This document shows, piece after piece, positions 11,816 through 23,992 of a DNA stretch of 64,000 nucleotides; the first letter of the stretch is position 1, and each line of letters starts with the position of its first letter. The notes beneath the pieces were generated by a model. It was not told where the DNA came from. It did not search any database and was given only the letters and a program-made list of their open reading frames with translations. The position numbers and the translations under genes are program-made. Source of the stretch: Hormiphora californensis (Eukaryota; Animalia; Ctenophora); NCBI GenBank assembly GCA_020137815.1, contig CM035353.1:6262001-6326000 (forward strand). The letters are read 5' to 3'.

Positions 11816-12944
11816 TAGCTACCCTTTAAACTCGTCCTGGCACCCCCTGGCCCTGCACAGCGTTACCCCGAATAACAGATCCCCTTCTTCTGTCCCACAA
11901 CAAAACTCCCGCCCACAATTATCCGAGATGGCAGATTACGACAGAGTGTTATCCCACACACAAGAGGCGAAAAAATAATTCAAATCTTTGATGACGTAAA
12001 CTATATAAAGATAATCATAGATAGCTGCCTGATTTCCACTAATACTGCCAAAAGGAGTAAGACAGTTGAGAGTTCCTAAATAATCAACTAAGGAAGAGAA
12101 AGGGTTTACTTGAACCAATTATAGTTACTAATAGAATACCTTCATGTTTTTGAAGAATGTACGGCTAGTTATATAATTTGTATAATATTTCTATTCCATC
12201 CATGTTATTTTCCAGCGCTTTGTTTGGAATTTTTGAAAAAGCTACTTCCATGGAAGTAGTTTTTTTCCAAAATTTCCAACAAGCACCTTTTGTCGTTGCT
12301 CTTTATGTTTAGTAAGCAGTAACGGACTGGACGGGTTGGATGGAGGATTCCTCGGTGCGTCGTTGAGTTGCAGCTGTCGATGAGTTGGGGCGGGAACGGG
12401 AACCAAAGAAGTTTCTGTGCCTTTGACTCGCTGATATTTATACCCCTACCCGGATACAATCACCTGATTGAGAATTCCCGGGAATTATTCTCGTGCCCGA
12501 CCGCTATGAGACGGTTTATTACCATAGTAATTCCGCGTTCTGTTCTGTTATTGGTTCGTAGCCCCTCACGTGACTGATTTCCTTAGCGCTTCATTAAAAT
12601 GAATTTAAAGCGGTTTATCTTCTCGTTTTTCGGCTAGAGATAGCGGAGGGTTTTACAGAGAGAGATTTGCCCCAAAGCAGCCAGGTTTATTAATGACCAA
12701 CTTATTTCAATTAATGACACTGAAACAACTAAATTTTCTTTGTTTCTTCAAGTCACGTCCCGGAAATATATTTCAAGCCACGTCATTCCTTCCAGTCACG
12801 TTCATGAGACATATCTCAGGATATTGTGATTGATGGGATCATCCTGCATGCATTCCGATGCATACACATGTTGTCAATATTTTCCAAAAATTCTCTGATT
12901 TGGCTATCGACATGAGCCTCCTTAAACTTTTTTCTCGGTATATA

Positions 12945-14147
12945 CAGGGTGTCCCACTGTCTTTGCATCACCTGCGATTTTGGGTCATGACCGGGCTCCA
13001 TTAAACTAACCAAAACTCATCGAAAAATTGGTCAAAATGGTTCTAACAAAAACCAGTGTTCTAGAGAATTGTCTGGCAAATATTTTGGTTGCAAGATTGA
13101 CTTTCCAAGTCTTATCAATCGTCAGATATATCGTCGTAAAGTCAAAATTACGTGTTCATGAAATCCGACCGGGGTTCACGTTTTGAAAAATTCACAAATG
13201 CAAAGTTGCTCGGATCACATTGCATCCCTCATAAGAGTTGTAGGAAATTGTCTGGCGGTCATTTTGGTACCCGGGTTTTTATCCTAGCTCAATGTTTAGA
13301 GTGTCTTATGACTGTCAGAACTGGAATTTTCCCAAAAGTGGTCTCAGGTATCACATTGCATTTTGCCCTGTTATGAAGCTCATAGCTGCTTGAATAACAT
13401 CTTAGTGCATGATAGGGTTGAGATAGACCACTTGCGTATCCTACACATTAAGAGGGGCCTTGCCAAATCGTCATAACAACCCTGTCAAGTGTCTAGATGA
13501 AATTGAGACGATATGTGCTGATTATCATGGGATTACACACGACACCGAGCCACCTAATTAGGGGTTGTGAGCCGATACCAACTAAGACTCAGCATAGAAA
13601 AATCTTCATGTTCCTACAGTCATAACGCAACTTAAACGTAGAGCTATGGAAAAAACCATGGTATCAAAATGAACCTTAGACGATTCTGATGAAGCTCTTG
13701 TAAATTTCAAATCATTTTACCCATTTGTTGATGACACGTGATCCCCTCAAAAATGCTGGTTGAATTTCGTCTTTAGACAGTCATAAGACACTCTAAACAT
13801 TGAGCTAGGACAAAAACACGGGTACCAAAATGACCGCCAGACAATTTCCTACAACTCTTATGAGGGATGCAATGTGATCCGAGCAACTTTGCATTTGTGA
13901 ATTTTTCAAAACGTGAACCCCGGTCGGATTTCATGAACACGTAATTTTGACTTTACGACGATATATCTGACGATTGGTAAGACTTGGAAAGTCAATCTTG
14001 CAACCAAAATGTTCGCCAGACAATTCTCTAGAACACTGGTTTTTATTAGAACCATTTTGACCAATTTTTCGATGAGTTTTGGTTAGTTTAATGGAGCCCG
14101 GTCATGACCCAAAATCGCAGGTGATGCAAAGACAGTGGGACACCCTG
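12945..14147. mobile_element. Tc1/mariner-type MITE with ~372-bp TIRs
   Basis: TA|CAGGGTGTCCCACTG...CAGTGGGACACCCTG|TA. Arms 12945-13316 and 13776-14147 are near-identical in inverted orientation. Confidence 0.95.
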
Positions 14148-14639
14148 TATTAGCTATTTTTCCTTTATTCTGTCTCAAGACTCCCTCGAAGTCAGTTTGA
14201 CTGAGCGGGCGAAAATATGTTTTGATCGGAGTTTAGTTTTGCCGCAATACACCCTGATCATAATCAGAATTGCTCTCTGGACGTATATACGTCTTTGTCA
14301 TCCATCCATTTAGGGACTCTCTATCCTCTTGTTTTGGGTGTCTGAACGATATCGGAGTTGCATCCTCCAATAGTAGCATGGGGTTTGATAATCCCCGCTC
14401 CATGTCCTCATCAAATGACTGCATGTGCAGCCGGCATGTTCATTTGGGTCTGATACATTTCAGCGCCTAAGGTGGTAATGGTTAATACTTATTAGTGCTA
14501 ATCATTTTAATTAAGTCCGTTTAGTCTTTCTTGAGTTAGAAAATGTAAAATATCGATACGGATAATACATTTATATTATGCTACTATTATTCATTTTATT
14601 CGGGGGGAAAGGTATAACTTTTGTTGACATATTTGTCTC

Positions 14640-15060
14640 TTTTCATATGGTATCTGGTGGCATGGCACCATTTTTTTCCTAGTCCCATTTGCATCTTCAA
14701 TAGCTCTCTGACAGAGTTGAATGCACAATAATTTATTTAAGGACATGAACGTCTTATTTGTTGTCCTTCTGTGGCGAACTAGTCTAGGGAAATCAGGCGC
14801 ATAGTAAATATTTGGGAACTGCTGCCTACAACATCTATTAAACTATCGTAATCATGATCATTTATAATTTCTAAGGACAACTCCAAGTCCTATCTCCGTT
14901 AGCTATATTATTTGTACCTGCCTGTATGAAAAGTGTATCCAGTGCAGTGATGGGTTTCATGGTATGGGTAGTTCAGTAGCAGAAACCAAGGTATGATGCT
15001 CCTCCTGTAAAAAGCCGGTTAATAAAGCTGATGTGTATAAATGCCACTAAAGCCTCGGTA
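14640..15060 (-). pseudogene. SGNH/GDSL-hydrolase-like fragment, frameshifted
   Basis: LDTLFIQAGTNNIANG (14895-14942) fits SGNH block III (GxND/N). FTGGASY lies upstream in another frame. The 3' part is duplicated at ~15400-15500. Confidence 0.45.
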
Positions 15061-15849
15061 GACGAGGTACTCTTGTATCTTCATAAAATAACGCGTTACA
15101 TTGCACCACTCAATTCTATCACATTTATCTAATTTTAGATGTCGTCCTAATTCTAATTATATTTTCAAAAGTTCTCTAAATCTGTCGCCCCTCCACTTTA
15201 TATTTGTTGCCATTTCTACCTCTCCCATAATATAATCCCTGACTTCGCGGTCATCTATCATTAGTGCCACCCTCATAATTGTCTTGATCATTTTATCGGG
15301 ATTTCTATATCTTACTTTTTTTTCCATTTCCTCATATTATTAATTTATTTATTCGGAGATAAAGGTAAAACAATTAACTTTTTTTATATATTTGTTTCGT
15401 TTCATATAATATCTAGTGGCATGGCACCATTTCATTTTATTTGCTCATTTTCAAGTTTTTTCGTAAACTCATTTGCACCTTCAATAACTCGAGCTGACAG
15501 AGCTCGAGCTGACGAGCTATTGAAGGTGCAGTCTCTCATCCCCTACCCATTGAATATTTTCAGCATCTACTATCTCTGTCATAGCTTTCTCTCTGACCTT
15601 ATGATTAAAAATGCGAAGGATTATAAAATGTATGAAATTATATAACTTTATGTTCCTTTTTGCCTTTTAATTTTTCCACATAACTAATTAATTGACAATT
15701 GGTTGTAGGCGGGATCATTTACTATTGGTATATGGTGATGGTCAGATTACCCAAACATTTGCCACAGTGTGCTTTCCCACTAAGTCACACATTACTAGAC
15801 TATTTATGGTCCCATTCCTACTTTTCATCAAGCTCCGAAATCTTTTAGT

Positions 15850-16187
15850 GCTGAACGGAGTGCTGAACGGAGGATTTAGTTCCAGAATGAGATCCTGTTC
15901 CACCATGCTCGCTCTACCTAGGTAATGTGCTGCCGCCGCCACACGGTGTGTAGTGTTCTGTGTAGTCACTGACTGGTAACCGTATAGCGGACCCGGGATC
16001 GTACCTGGTTAGCCGCGGTGAGTGAATGTAGTCGTAGAAGGTTGTGGTAACCAGGGGGTGTCGAGGTGATAGTCGGGTGCCTTGGGGTATCTAAATTTCC
16101 CCTTGCCTTTTCTGTGGCATCCATGTACCCAAATGATTCGCCGTAACCTTCCTTTTCCAATACTGCGTGCCCCATAGACAGTTCCAC
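15850..16187 (-). pseudogene. ELSMGHAVL family copy 2, split by a ~130-bp insertion
   Basis: ELSMGHAVLEKEGYGESFGYMDATEKARGNLDTPRH [insert ~15945-16078] RVAAAAHYLGRASMVEQDLILELNPP is highly similar to 11543-11815. Confidence 0.75.
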
Positions 16188-16393
16188 CAGTTATTTTTTA
16201 TAACTGTTACATGATACCATATGAAATATCCATTCCAACAATAAAATAAAAATTTACTTTTCTTCAAAAGTGCTCTTGAACGTATTTCTTTCCGACTTAA
16301 CTTAATAATCATAAAATAATATATTCTCTGCCATCTGCATCCCTGTGTTACCCCATCCGATGATTTATTAGGCGACTTTGTGTATTTGTTTTA

Positions 16394-16642
16394 CTAATGA
16401 CCGAGCTCTAATATCATCTGCCAGGGGTTCCATGGGTGTGACAGTAGACAACTGGGGTGAAACTCTGTGTATAGCTCCTTTAACCGAGCTGTAAACTTTT
16501 CAATACAGTCCGTTCCAATATATACCTCGGGTTCATATTCATCAAACATGCTGTGAACAGTATAGCAGTACGGTGTGTGTAGTGCTGCTTTAGATGTACT
16601 CCCTGTACATTTTATAGGACATATCCTTCGCAAAATACACAC
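16394..16642 (-). pseudogene. Fragment resembling the N-terminal/exonuclease region of a Polinton/Maverick-type protein-primed DNA polymerase B
   Basis: HTPYCYTVHSMFDEYEPEVYIGTDCIEKFTARLKELY matches the recalled pPolB pattern HxP(C/Y)...YxGxD(C/A)(I/V)xxFxxxL. No polymerase core motifs seen. Confidence 0.5.
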
Positions 16643-17559
16643 TCAGGCTCCAGATTTTATTGCTCGGTGTTGTCTTAGTTTAACTACTGCCTTGGGTAGG
16701 TCCTCTTGTAATGCCGAGATGAGGTCCTCTTTCATTTCTGCTTTGGTCTCGCACAGTGAGTTTACTGTGAGTTCTCCTCTTTTCAGTTGTTGTGGTAAGA
16801 CCAGTGCGAAGTTTGTGATCCTCTTATTAATCTCGTTCCTCACATTGGTCCTCAGGTGGTACTTTAGTTGTACTCCCTGCATGCATTTTATAGGACATAT
16901 CCTTCGCAAAATACACACTCAGGCTCCAGGAGACATTCAAAGCTAGCAGCTGAAATTAGAAAAATTGTTACAAGTAGCCTGCGGATAGGTTTACAAGTAG
17001 GAGTTAGGACTTATTATACGTACCAATATAGAATGGGTGTTCAATCATTTTTTGGTATCCCTTGAACTCTAAATATAAAAACAATAAATCAATTCATCAT
17101 CGGATCCTCATGCTAAGTTCTTCTCGTTCCTCTGTTCCTTGAACTCTAAATGCTTTTCTTTCAGCATTGTGATTATCTGAAGGGTGTTGTTAAGGCAGAG
17201 CTCCAAATGGTCTATGTATACTTTCTCGTATTAATTTACTTCATAATCTTACGGTAATATTACAAATATCTTCTTCCATCCTTGTGTTACCCCCACCGGT
17301 AATTTACAAGGCGAGCTACTGCTTAAACATATTATTGGACTTTTTACTTTTAGGTAGATCTGGCATTCAGTTCATAAAGCCTACTTATAAAATCTCCAGT
17401 TCCACGGACGGGTCTTTTTATTTATTTAGTTTAGCCCTACCCTTCTCCAATTTACTCCATAATCATACGGTTTTACATATAGTTTAGGAGGTAGATGGCT
17501 GCTCCTCCTGCAAGCCCATTCTTCAGACCTGGGTTGTAATGAACCGATCTTGTAGATGC

Positions 17560-17859
17560 CTACAATCTTGATCTCCAAGATTGCCCCGAGGTCTTGGAGG
17601 TGGAGGGGTTCTGTTGGGCCCAGGCCACTGCCCATTCGTCCTCCAACCAAACGAAATCGTGCAACGCCCTCGCCATGATCCACTCCACTATGTACTGGAC
17701 CGAGAAAAGGCTCCCCCAAAGTGGACTATAGCCCTCGAACGCCACCCAGTCTTTCTACGAGGCTGGTCTCTTTTCCCTGTTATGGGTCTCTCTGCGGGGG
17801 CCGTATGGCCTCCCTCCTCTTCTCTCCGATGGCCTCCGATGGCCTCTCTCTCCCGGCAT
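17560..17859 (-). pseudogene. Arg-rich basic ORF (MPGERG family copy 1) with an internal TAG
   Basis: MPGERGHRRPSERRGGRPYGPRRETHNREKRPAS*KDWVAFEGYSPLWGS... in one frame. The ATG is directly preceded by ...CCTTTCAG|AGA. Confidence 0.55.
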
Positions 17860-17984
17860 TCTCTGAAAGGGGTGAAGCTGGTCAGTAGGGCAGAGGGGTA
17901 TCGGGAGGGTCAGGGATATTCATTAGTTTGGACTACTGTAGTGTCCCCCTTTTCTCCCTTTTTTCCCCATTTATTAATGCTTCT

Positions 17985-18176
17985 TTATACGAACAAATAA
18001 AATAAAATAAAAGAACAAAAGTATAAAATGAAACTACAGTTTCTTCCCTCCGGCCGTGTTCGTGGGGGTCTCCCGGGGGGGTCTCTTTGCGGGGTCCCTC
18101 TGTGGTATGGCCTTCTCCTCCCTGAGGGCCTTCGATGGCCCCTCCCTCTCAGAGGCGGTCCCCTCTCTCCCGGCAT
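17985..18176 (-). CDS. Arg/Gly/Pro-rich basic small protein (MPGERG family copy 2)
   Basis: MPGERGPPLRGRGHRRPSGRRRPYHRG... with the same upstream acceptor cassette as copy 1. Confidence 0.5.
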   Translation of the reverse strand: MPGERGPPLRGRGHRRPSGRRRPYHRGTPQRDPPGRPPRTRPEGRNCSFILYFCSFILFYLFV

Positions 18177-18657
18177 TCTCTGAAAGGGGTGAAATTGGTC
18201 AGTAGGGCGGAGGGGTATCGGAAAAGAGGAGGGGGTATCGAGGGGGTATCAGACGGGTGATTGATATTCATTAGTTTTTCCTCCCTTTTTCCCCTCTATC
18301 AATGCTCTTTTATATGAACAAATAAAAACAAATAAAAGAACAAAAGTATAAAAAGAAACTACAGTTTTTTACTCCCTCTCCGGGGAGGGTAGGACCACTA
18401 TGTCCGGAGACTCTCTCTCCGCCTCTCCTGTCCCTTCCTCCTCGGCCTCCCCGCGGCGATCTTCCCTCCGGCCTCTTTCGTATCTCAGGGTCACCTGCGT
18501 GAGGCCTTGGAATCTCGTCCATTGCCTCATGAACTCCCTGAGGGCTTCTGGACCCCTCGGATCTACGGGGTAGTAGGCCCCCCTGGTCGGTATTCAAGTG
18601 CTTTGTATGGAGCATTTTCCTTCCATATATGTAGTTCGCCCTGGCAGCTTCTCCTCT

Positions 18658-19314
18658 GGGGGACCACATACAGCACTGTACTGAAATTCGCACCGCCGTA
18701 TGTGGTGCCTCTAACTTCAGTTCTCACTAGCACATACAACACTTTCGGTGCAAACTCCAGTACGCACTGCCGTATGTAGTGCCTCTTACTGATAAATATC
18801 GGTGGGACTATCAGTACACAATCTCACGTGAGCTTAGCTCAGAAAAGATCAGTACGGTGCTGTATGTGCTCTTCGTACTGAACTGAAAGGTCACGTGGGG
18901 GTCACGTGCGCGCACTAGCCAATGACAGACCTGCATCTCACAATACACACACACACACCCACACCACAGCAACCAATAAGAGGCGCACGCACTCTCACTA
19001 CGACAGAAAGGGCCACACCTAGAACAAGGGCGAGATTATCCGACATATCAAGAAAATATGTGCTGCAATCGGGAAAGATAAGAGAGAGATAAGTGGAGAT
19101 AAACATACCAAGAGAGAGAAAAGGAGGTAGAGAGAGTTCGGTATTAGTGAGAGGAAGATATGTCACAAAAAATTACGTGTTTTTAGCTTGTTTTGAAGGT
19201 TTTTTATTGATTGTTCAGTAAGAGGCACCACATACACTCACTGTACTGAAGTTTCCACCGACAGTATGTGGTGCGACGTTCTGGAGTTCGCACCGGTGCT
19301 GTATGTGGTCCCCC
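18658..19314. mobile_element. MITE with GGGGG termini and 3-bp TSD (PIF/Harbinger-like)
   Basis: TIR GGGGGACCACATACAGCAC / GTGCTGTATGTGGTCCCCC. TCT at 18655-18657 and 19315-19317. Subterminal CACATAC/GTATGTG repeats. Confidence 0.8.
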
Positions 19315-20130
19315 TCTGCTTCCAGATTTCTCTTAACCATATTTCTTCCCGAATTTACTCCATATAAATCATACGGTTTACATATTGATATAGTTTAGGA
19401 GGTAGATGGCTCCTCCTCCTATGGCCCTGCACGCCCATTCTTCAGACCTGGGTTGTGATGAACCCATCTTGTAGATGCCCCCCTCATTTATAAATGCTTT
19501 CTTATGCAAACAAATAAAATAAAAGAATAAATAATTTAAAAATATCAGCATCAGCATATGACCGTAAAGCAGACAGGAGCAACACAGGATACTCCTCTCT
19601 GCAGGAAATGCTCACACATCCCTGCATCAGCAAGGAACGCCATTAAGGTACTCCTGGACACATTGTAGACACCATCGGAAGGGCGAGGGGTATTTATTAT
19701 TATGGAATACTGTAGTTATCCCCATTCTTGTCCCCCCTCATTTATAAATGCTTTCTTATGCAAACAAATAAAATAAAAGAATAAATAATTTCAAAATGCA
19801 ACTACAGTTTTCACTCTTCCTCCTCTGGTCCCTTCCTCCTCCCCGTGGCGATCCACCCCCTTTCATATCGCAGTTCTACGGACATGAGGCCTTGGATCCT
19901 CGTCCATTGCCTCAAGAATTCACCGAGGGATCCCTCGGGTCTACTGGGAAGTAGACCACCTGGTGCGGGGGAAGCTGGCCCTGTCCCGGCACCTCCCTTC
20001 GGTAGGGGTGTGCTCTTCTAGACCTCCTCCTTGGCCTTACTACAGCTATATGATTCCTATCTCTATGCTCTTACTACTCCTGTCTCTTCATTTCTCATGA
20101 CAGGTTTACTTGATTTTATCATGATGCTTC

Positions 20131-20395
20131 GTTATCTAACTATTAACTAACTATTAGCTAACTATTATCTAACTATTATCTAACGATTATCTAACTATTA
20201 TCTAACTATTATCTAACTATTATCTAACTATTATCTAACTATTATCTAACTGTTATCTAACTATTATCTTACAATTATCTAACTATTATCTAACTATTAG
20301 CTAACTATTATCAACTATTATCTAACTGTTATCTAACTATTATCTAACTATTATCTAACTATTATCTAACTATTATCTAACTAATATCTAACTGT
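20131..20395. repeat. 11-bp tandem repeat (TTATCTAACTA)n
   Basis: More than 20 near-perfect copies. The left flank (~20070-20130) recurs at ~20632-20720. Confidence 0.95.
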
Positions 20396-22319
20396 TGCCG
20401 ATGTTTGGTGACGAGCGGCCGATACAATCCATGTCACTGACATTGTCAGCCAACTAAGATATGATCTTAATCACTACATTCACCCCTCTTTTTTAAACGA
20501 GTTTGGTCTTACACTGGTGATTAACTGCCCGCGCGGGAGGGAGTTATGTGCTTTATAGTTGTACAAAGTTCAAAACACGTAGTTTTGGTTTGGTCAAAGT
20601 AAATAGCAAATCGTACAATTAACACTTCGAGTTCTTACTTCTCCTGTCTCTTCATTTCTCATGACAGGTTTACACCGGACCCGACTTGATTTTATCATGA
20701 TGCTTCAGTTATCTAACAATTATCTATAAACTGTTATCTAACAGCTCCCGATGTTCGGTCAGGGTCAGGGTGGTGTCCGATGTAATCAATATCAGCTAAC
20801 TAAGATTTAATCACTAAATTCTACTTGATGGAGCTCTAATCTAGCTCCTCGAGGCCGTGTGCCCTCGAAGGCATACACATCCGCTACCTCTTCATTTATC
20901 ACCTCGTGCACGTAGGTCTGGCCCCCTTACTGTAGTTTAGTACCTCGGCACGGAGTGGCTTAGGGCTATGAATCGGAGATAATCACCGCCGGCTTATGCA
21001 GTGATTGCGAGAGACCCACCACTTGAATTTGACTTTTTTCCTAACCTCTAATGCGAGGAAAACTTCTCTAACTCTCCACCTTGCGGCCAAACACCGCCTC
21101 AAAGTGTTGTACCACTCAGGCGACATATGTTTACTAGTTGCCCGTCCTCATTATATTGTATGTATGTGACTCCCTCTACTCTTCGTAAACTACCGCGAGG
21201 TCACTCTTATATCAATGTACCGAAAACGAGATCAAAAAGCTCGGAAATATGAGAGATTGTAGTCAAAGTTGATTGAATTATTATTATTACTACTTTTTTA
21301 TTTCGACGGCATCTGCATCTAGTTCAGGTCATGCGAACGATGCACCTGGATGCCTTATTCAAGTACACGGAATAATGCGGGGGTGTACATCAGGAAGAGT
21401 CGAGGGATTTAATTTAGTAGAAACAAAATAAACGAACATATATATATACATTATATCTTATTTTTCTAAATTTCTTTCAGTTCTGCTACAGAACATTCGC
21501 AGGCTCTCCCCGGAACTTGGGCTGTAGGAGGGTTGTCAGGAGGGTTGACAGGGGGGGGGGGTTGACACTGGGCTCTTTTTCCAATGCCTGAAGCAATTTT
21601 TAGTGACTTTTTAACTCGCAAACTCTAGATAAAAATACACTGGGAATACCAATACACGCAGCACACAAACCTTGATTAGCAGCCCCTTCAGATCTGCTTT
21701 CTTGCATTTTGACCGGAACTGTATGCCTAGGTCCCGTAAATGTTGCTTTAGCTCATCAACATTTAAATATTGAGCCATATCGGTGGCTGCCTCCGTTGAA
21801 ACTTTGCCTAAAGGATCAATATATTACACATATGATCATAAAGTATATTTCGCTACATTTTATTTCGAATCTTCAATCTACATCTCTGAATGAGCAAGCA
21901 AATATATTTTAGTTTTTTTTCTCTGGATCTGGTTCCTTTTCGGGTCCAGCTAATGTCAGTACCTAAGTATAGTAAGTGATAGATGTAGCTGAACGTTTAC
22001 TGAAAGGCATGGTGAAACGTTAGATCGACCATTGAGTCCCTACAATCACTTAAATTATCAGAAATTCTCCTCGTATTATATACTTTAATACCGTTAATAT
22101 ACTCCCCCCCCCCACTTTTATACTCCTCGGGCCGGTGGTAACCTATAGTTACCGTACTCAACAAGTCTGATATAATTAGAAATTGCAAAATAATAGAATT
22201 CTAAAAAGTATTTTAATATTTCGTCTGGATCTCCGGGACACATTGTAGACACCATAAGGTGTCGAAACTTGCCCCGGAGACCGGGATAATTCTGCAGGCG
22301 TCTAGGAACTCCTGACTTG

Positions 22320-22596
22320 GGATCACCACACACCAAAGTTAAAATTAAAATTAAAATTTTGATTTTAAACCCGCACACACCAGCGGCCGTTAAAATTTCT
22401 CTCCCCCATTCTAAAAGTAACAATCTCGCGCGCGATTTTGACGGCGTGTTAAAATTTTGTCATCCAACGCGACCGTCAAAATCGTGCGTGAGATTGTTAC
22501 TTTTAGAATGGGGGGAGAAATTTTAACGGCCGCTGGTGTGTGCGGGTTTAAAATTAAAATTTTAATTTTAATTTTAACTTTGGTGTGTGGTGACCC
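22320..22596. mobile_element. Palindromic MITE (GG(G/A)TCACCACACACCAAAG termini); a second right end lies at ~23137-23174
   Basis: Near-perfect ~135-bp arms. The same terminus ends a truncated copy that includes the hairpin at ~22908-23047. Confidence 0.8.
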
Positions 22597-23723
22597 TAGT
22601 ACACTCTTCCCAAGTTATGATCTAGTAAAATTAAAAATAATAAACTGTACAAAAAAAAGTTATACTGCAGAAATATAAGTTACGTTTAGCAGACTCCGGA
22701 AATAATCGCATCGAGAAAGGTGGGTAACCCCTCTCCAGGGGAAATAGACCGCTTGGGTTAACCCCGAGCAATAGCTCGGAACGAAAACATTAAAGCTCCA
22801 TAGGAGAAATTTCTCGTTTGTCAGAAATTCTCCTCGTATTATATATTTTAATACCTTTAATATACTCTCCCCCCCCCCCCCCCCCCACTTTTATACTCCT
22901 CGGGCCGGAGCTCAAGAAACTTAAAATCGGCGCAAAGTGCGCGGCGTTAAGGCGCATAATGCGCGTGTTAAAATTTTAAAATTTTAACGCACACATTTTG
23001 CACTGTAACGCCGCGCACTTTGCGCGGATTTCAAGTTTCTTGAGCTGTTCAGAACGGGCTCGATGCCCTCTTTCCAACAAGCCCAAAATGAAGCAATTTT
23101 GCCAAGAAATGGGAGAGTTATGACCAAAAACGTCAAATTTTAATTTTAATTTTAACTTTGGTGTGTGGTGACCCACATGCTCTCTCCGGAACTTTGGCTG
23201 CAGGAGCAGGAGGGTTGACACCATGGCTTCTTTTTCCAATGCCTGAAGCAATTTTAAGTGACTATTTAATATTTAATAAAATCTAAAACAAAAGATAAGA
23301 TAAAATATTAAAAAAGTGAAATAGATAGTTTTTTCTCTGGATCTGCAGTTCCTTTTCGGGACCAGCTAATTTTAGTACCTGATTCGTGTAGTAAGCAAGT
23401 TGACTCGGGTAGTAATTTGTTGTGGGTATTGGCTGGTCGTCTAGTGGTAGGCCTAAGGTGCGTACCTGATCAAGACGGGTGTTCGAATGTGGAGATGAGG
23501 TGTAGAAGTGAGGTGTAGTGCAGTCGGTAGTAACGTACATATCATTAAAACACAACGCAAGAATTGCAATTCTTGAAATTCCAATTCCTCATCATCTTTC
23601 TCTATAAGATAATCCTGAAAACAGACACATTAGTAGGACTGGATAACGAAGTAGGACCAAAAACAACAGGAAACTAATCAGTTATAATTTCTAATCAATA
23701 ATAATTATACTATCCCCAATATA

Positions 23724-23992
23724 CAGGGTGGGCCAGCAACATGGAGCCACTTGGAGATAAAAGTTGGAAAAATACAATCCTCTCTCTATTGTACGGATCC
23801 AAATTTCAACGTGTTACCCTGTCAGTTGACAGGCTGATAATTGTTAGGAAAGGGTGACTCTCTGTCGATCTCAATCCTCAGGGGACATTTTTTCTAGTCA
23901 ATAGACCGTGAAAATTACACTGTACATGGGAGAGTGGACTGTATTGACACCTTAGTTATCTCCAAGTGGCTCCATGTTTCTGGCCCACCCTG
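23724..23992. mobile_element. Tc1/mariner-type MITE
   Basis: TA|CAGGGTGGGCCAG(C/A)AACATGGAGCCACTTGGAGATAA ... reverse complement |TA. Confidence 0.9.
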
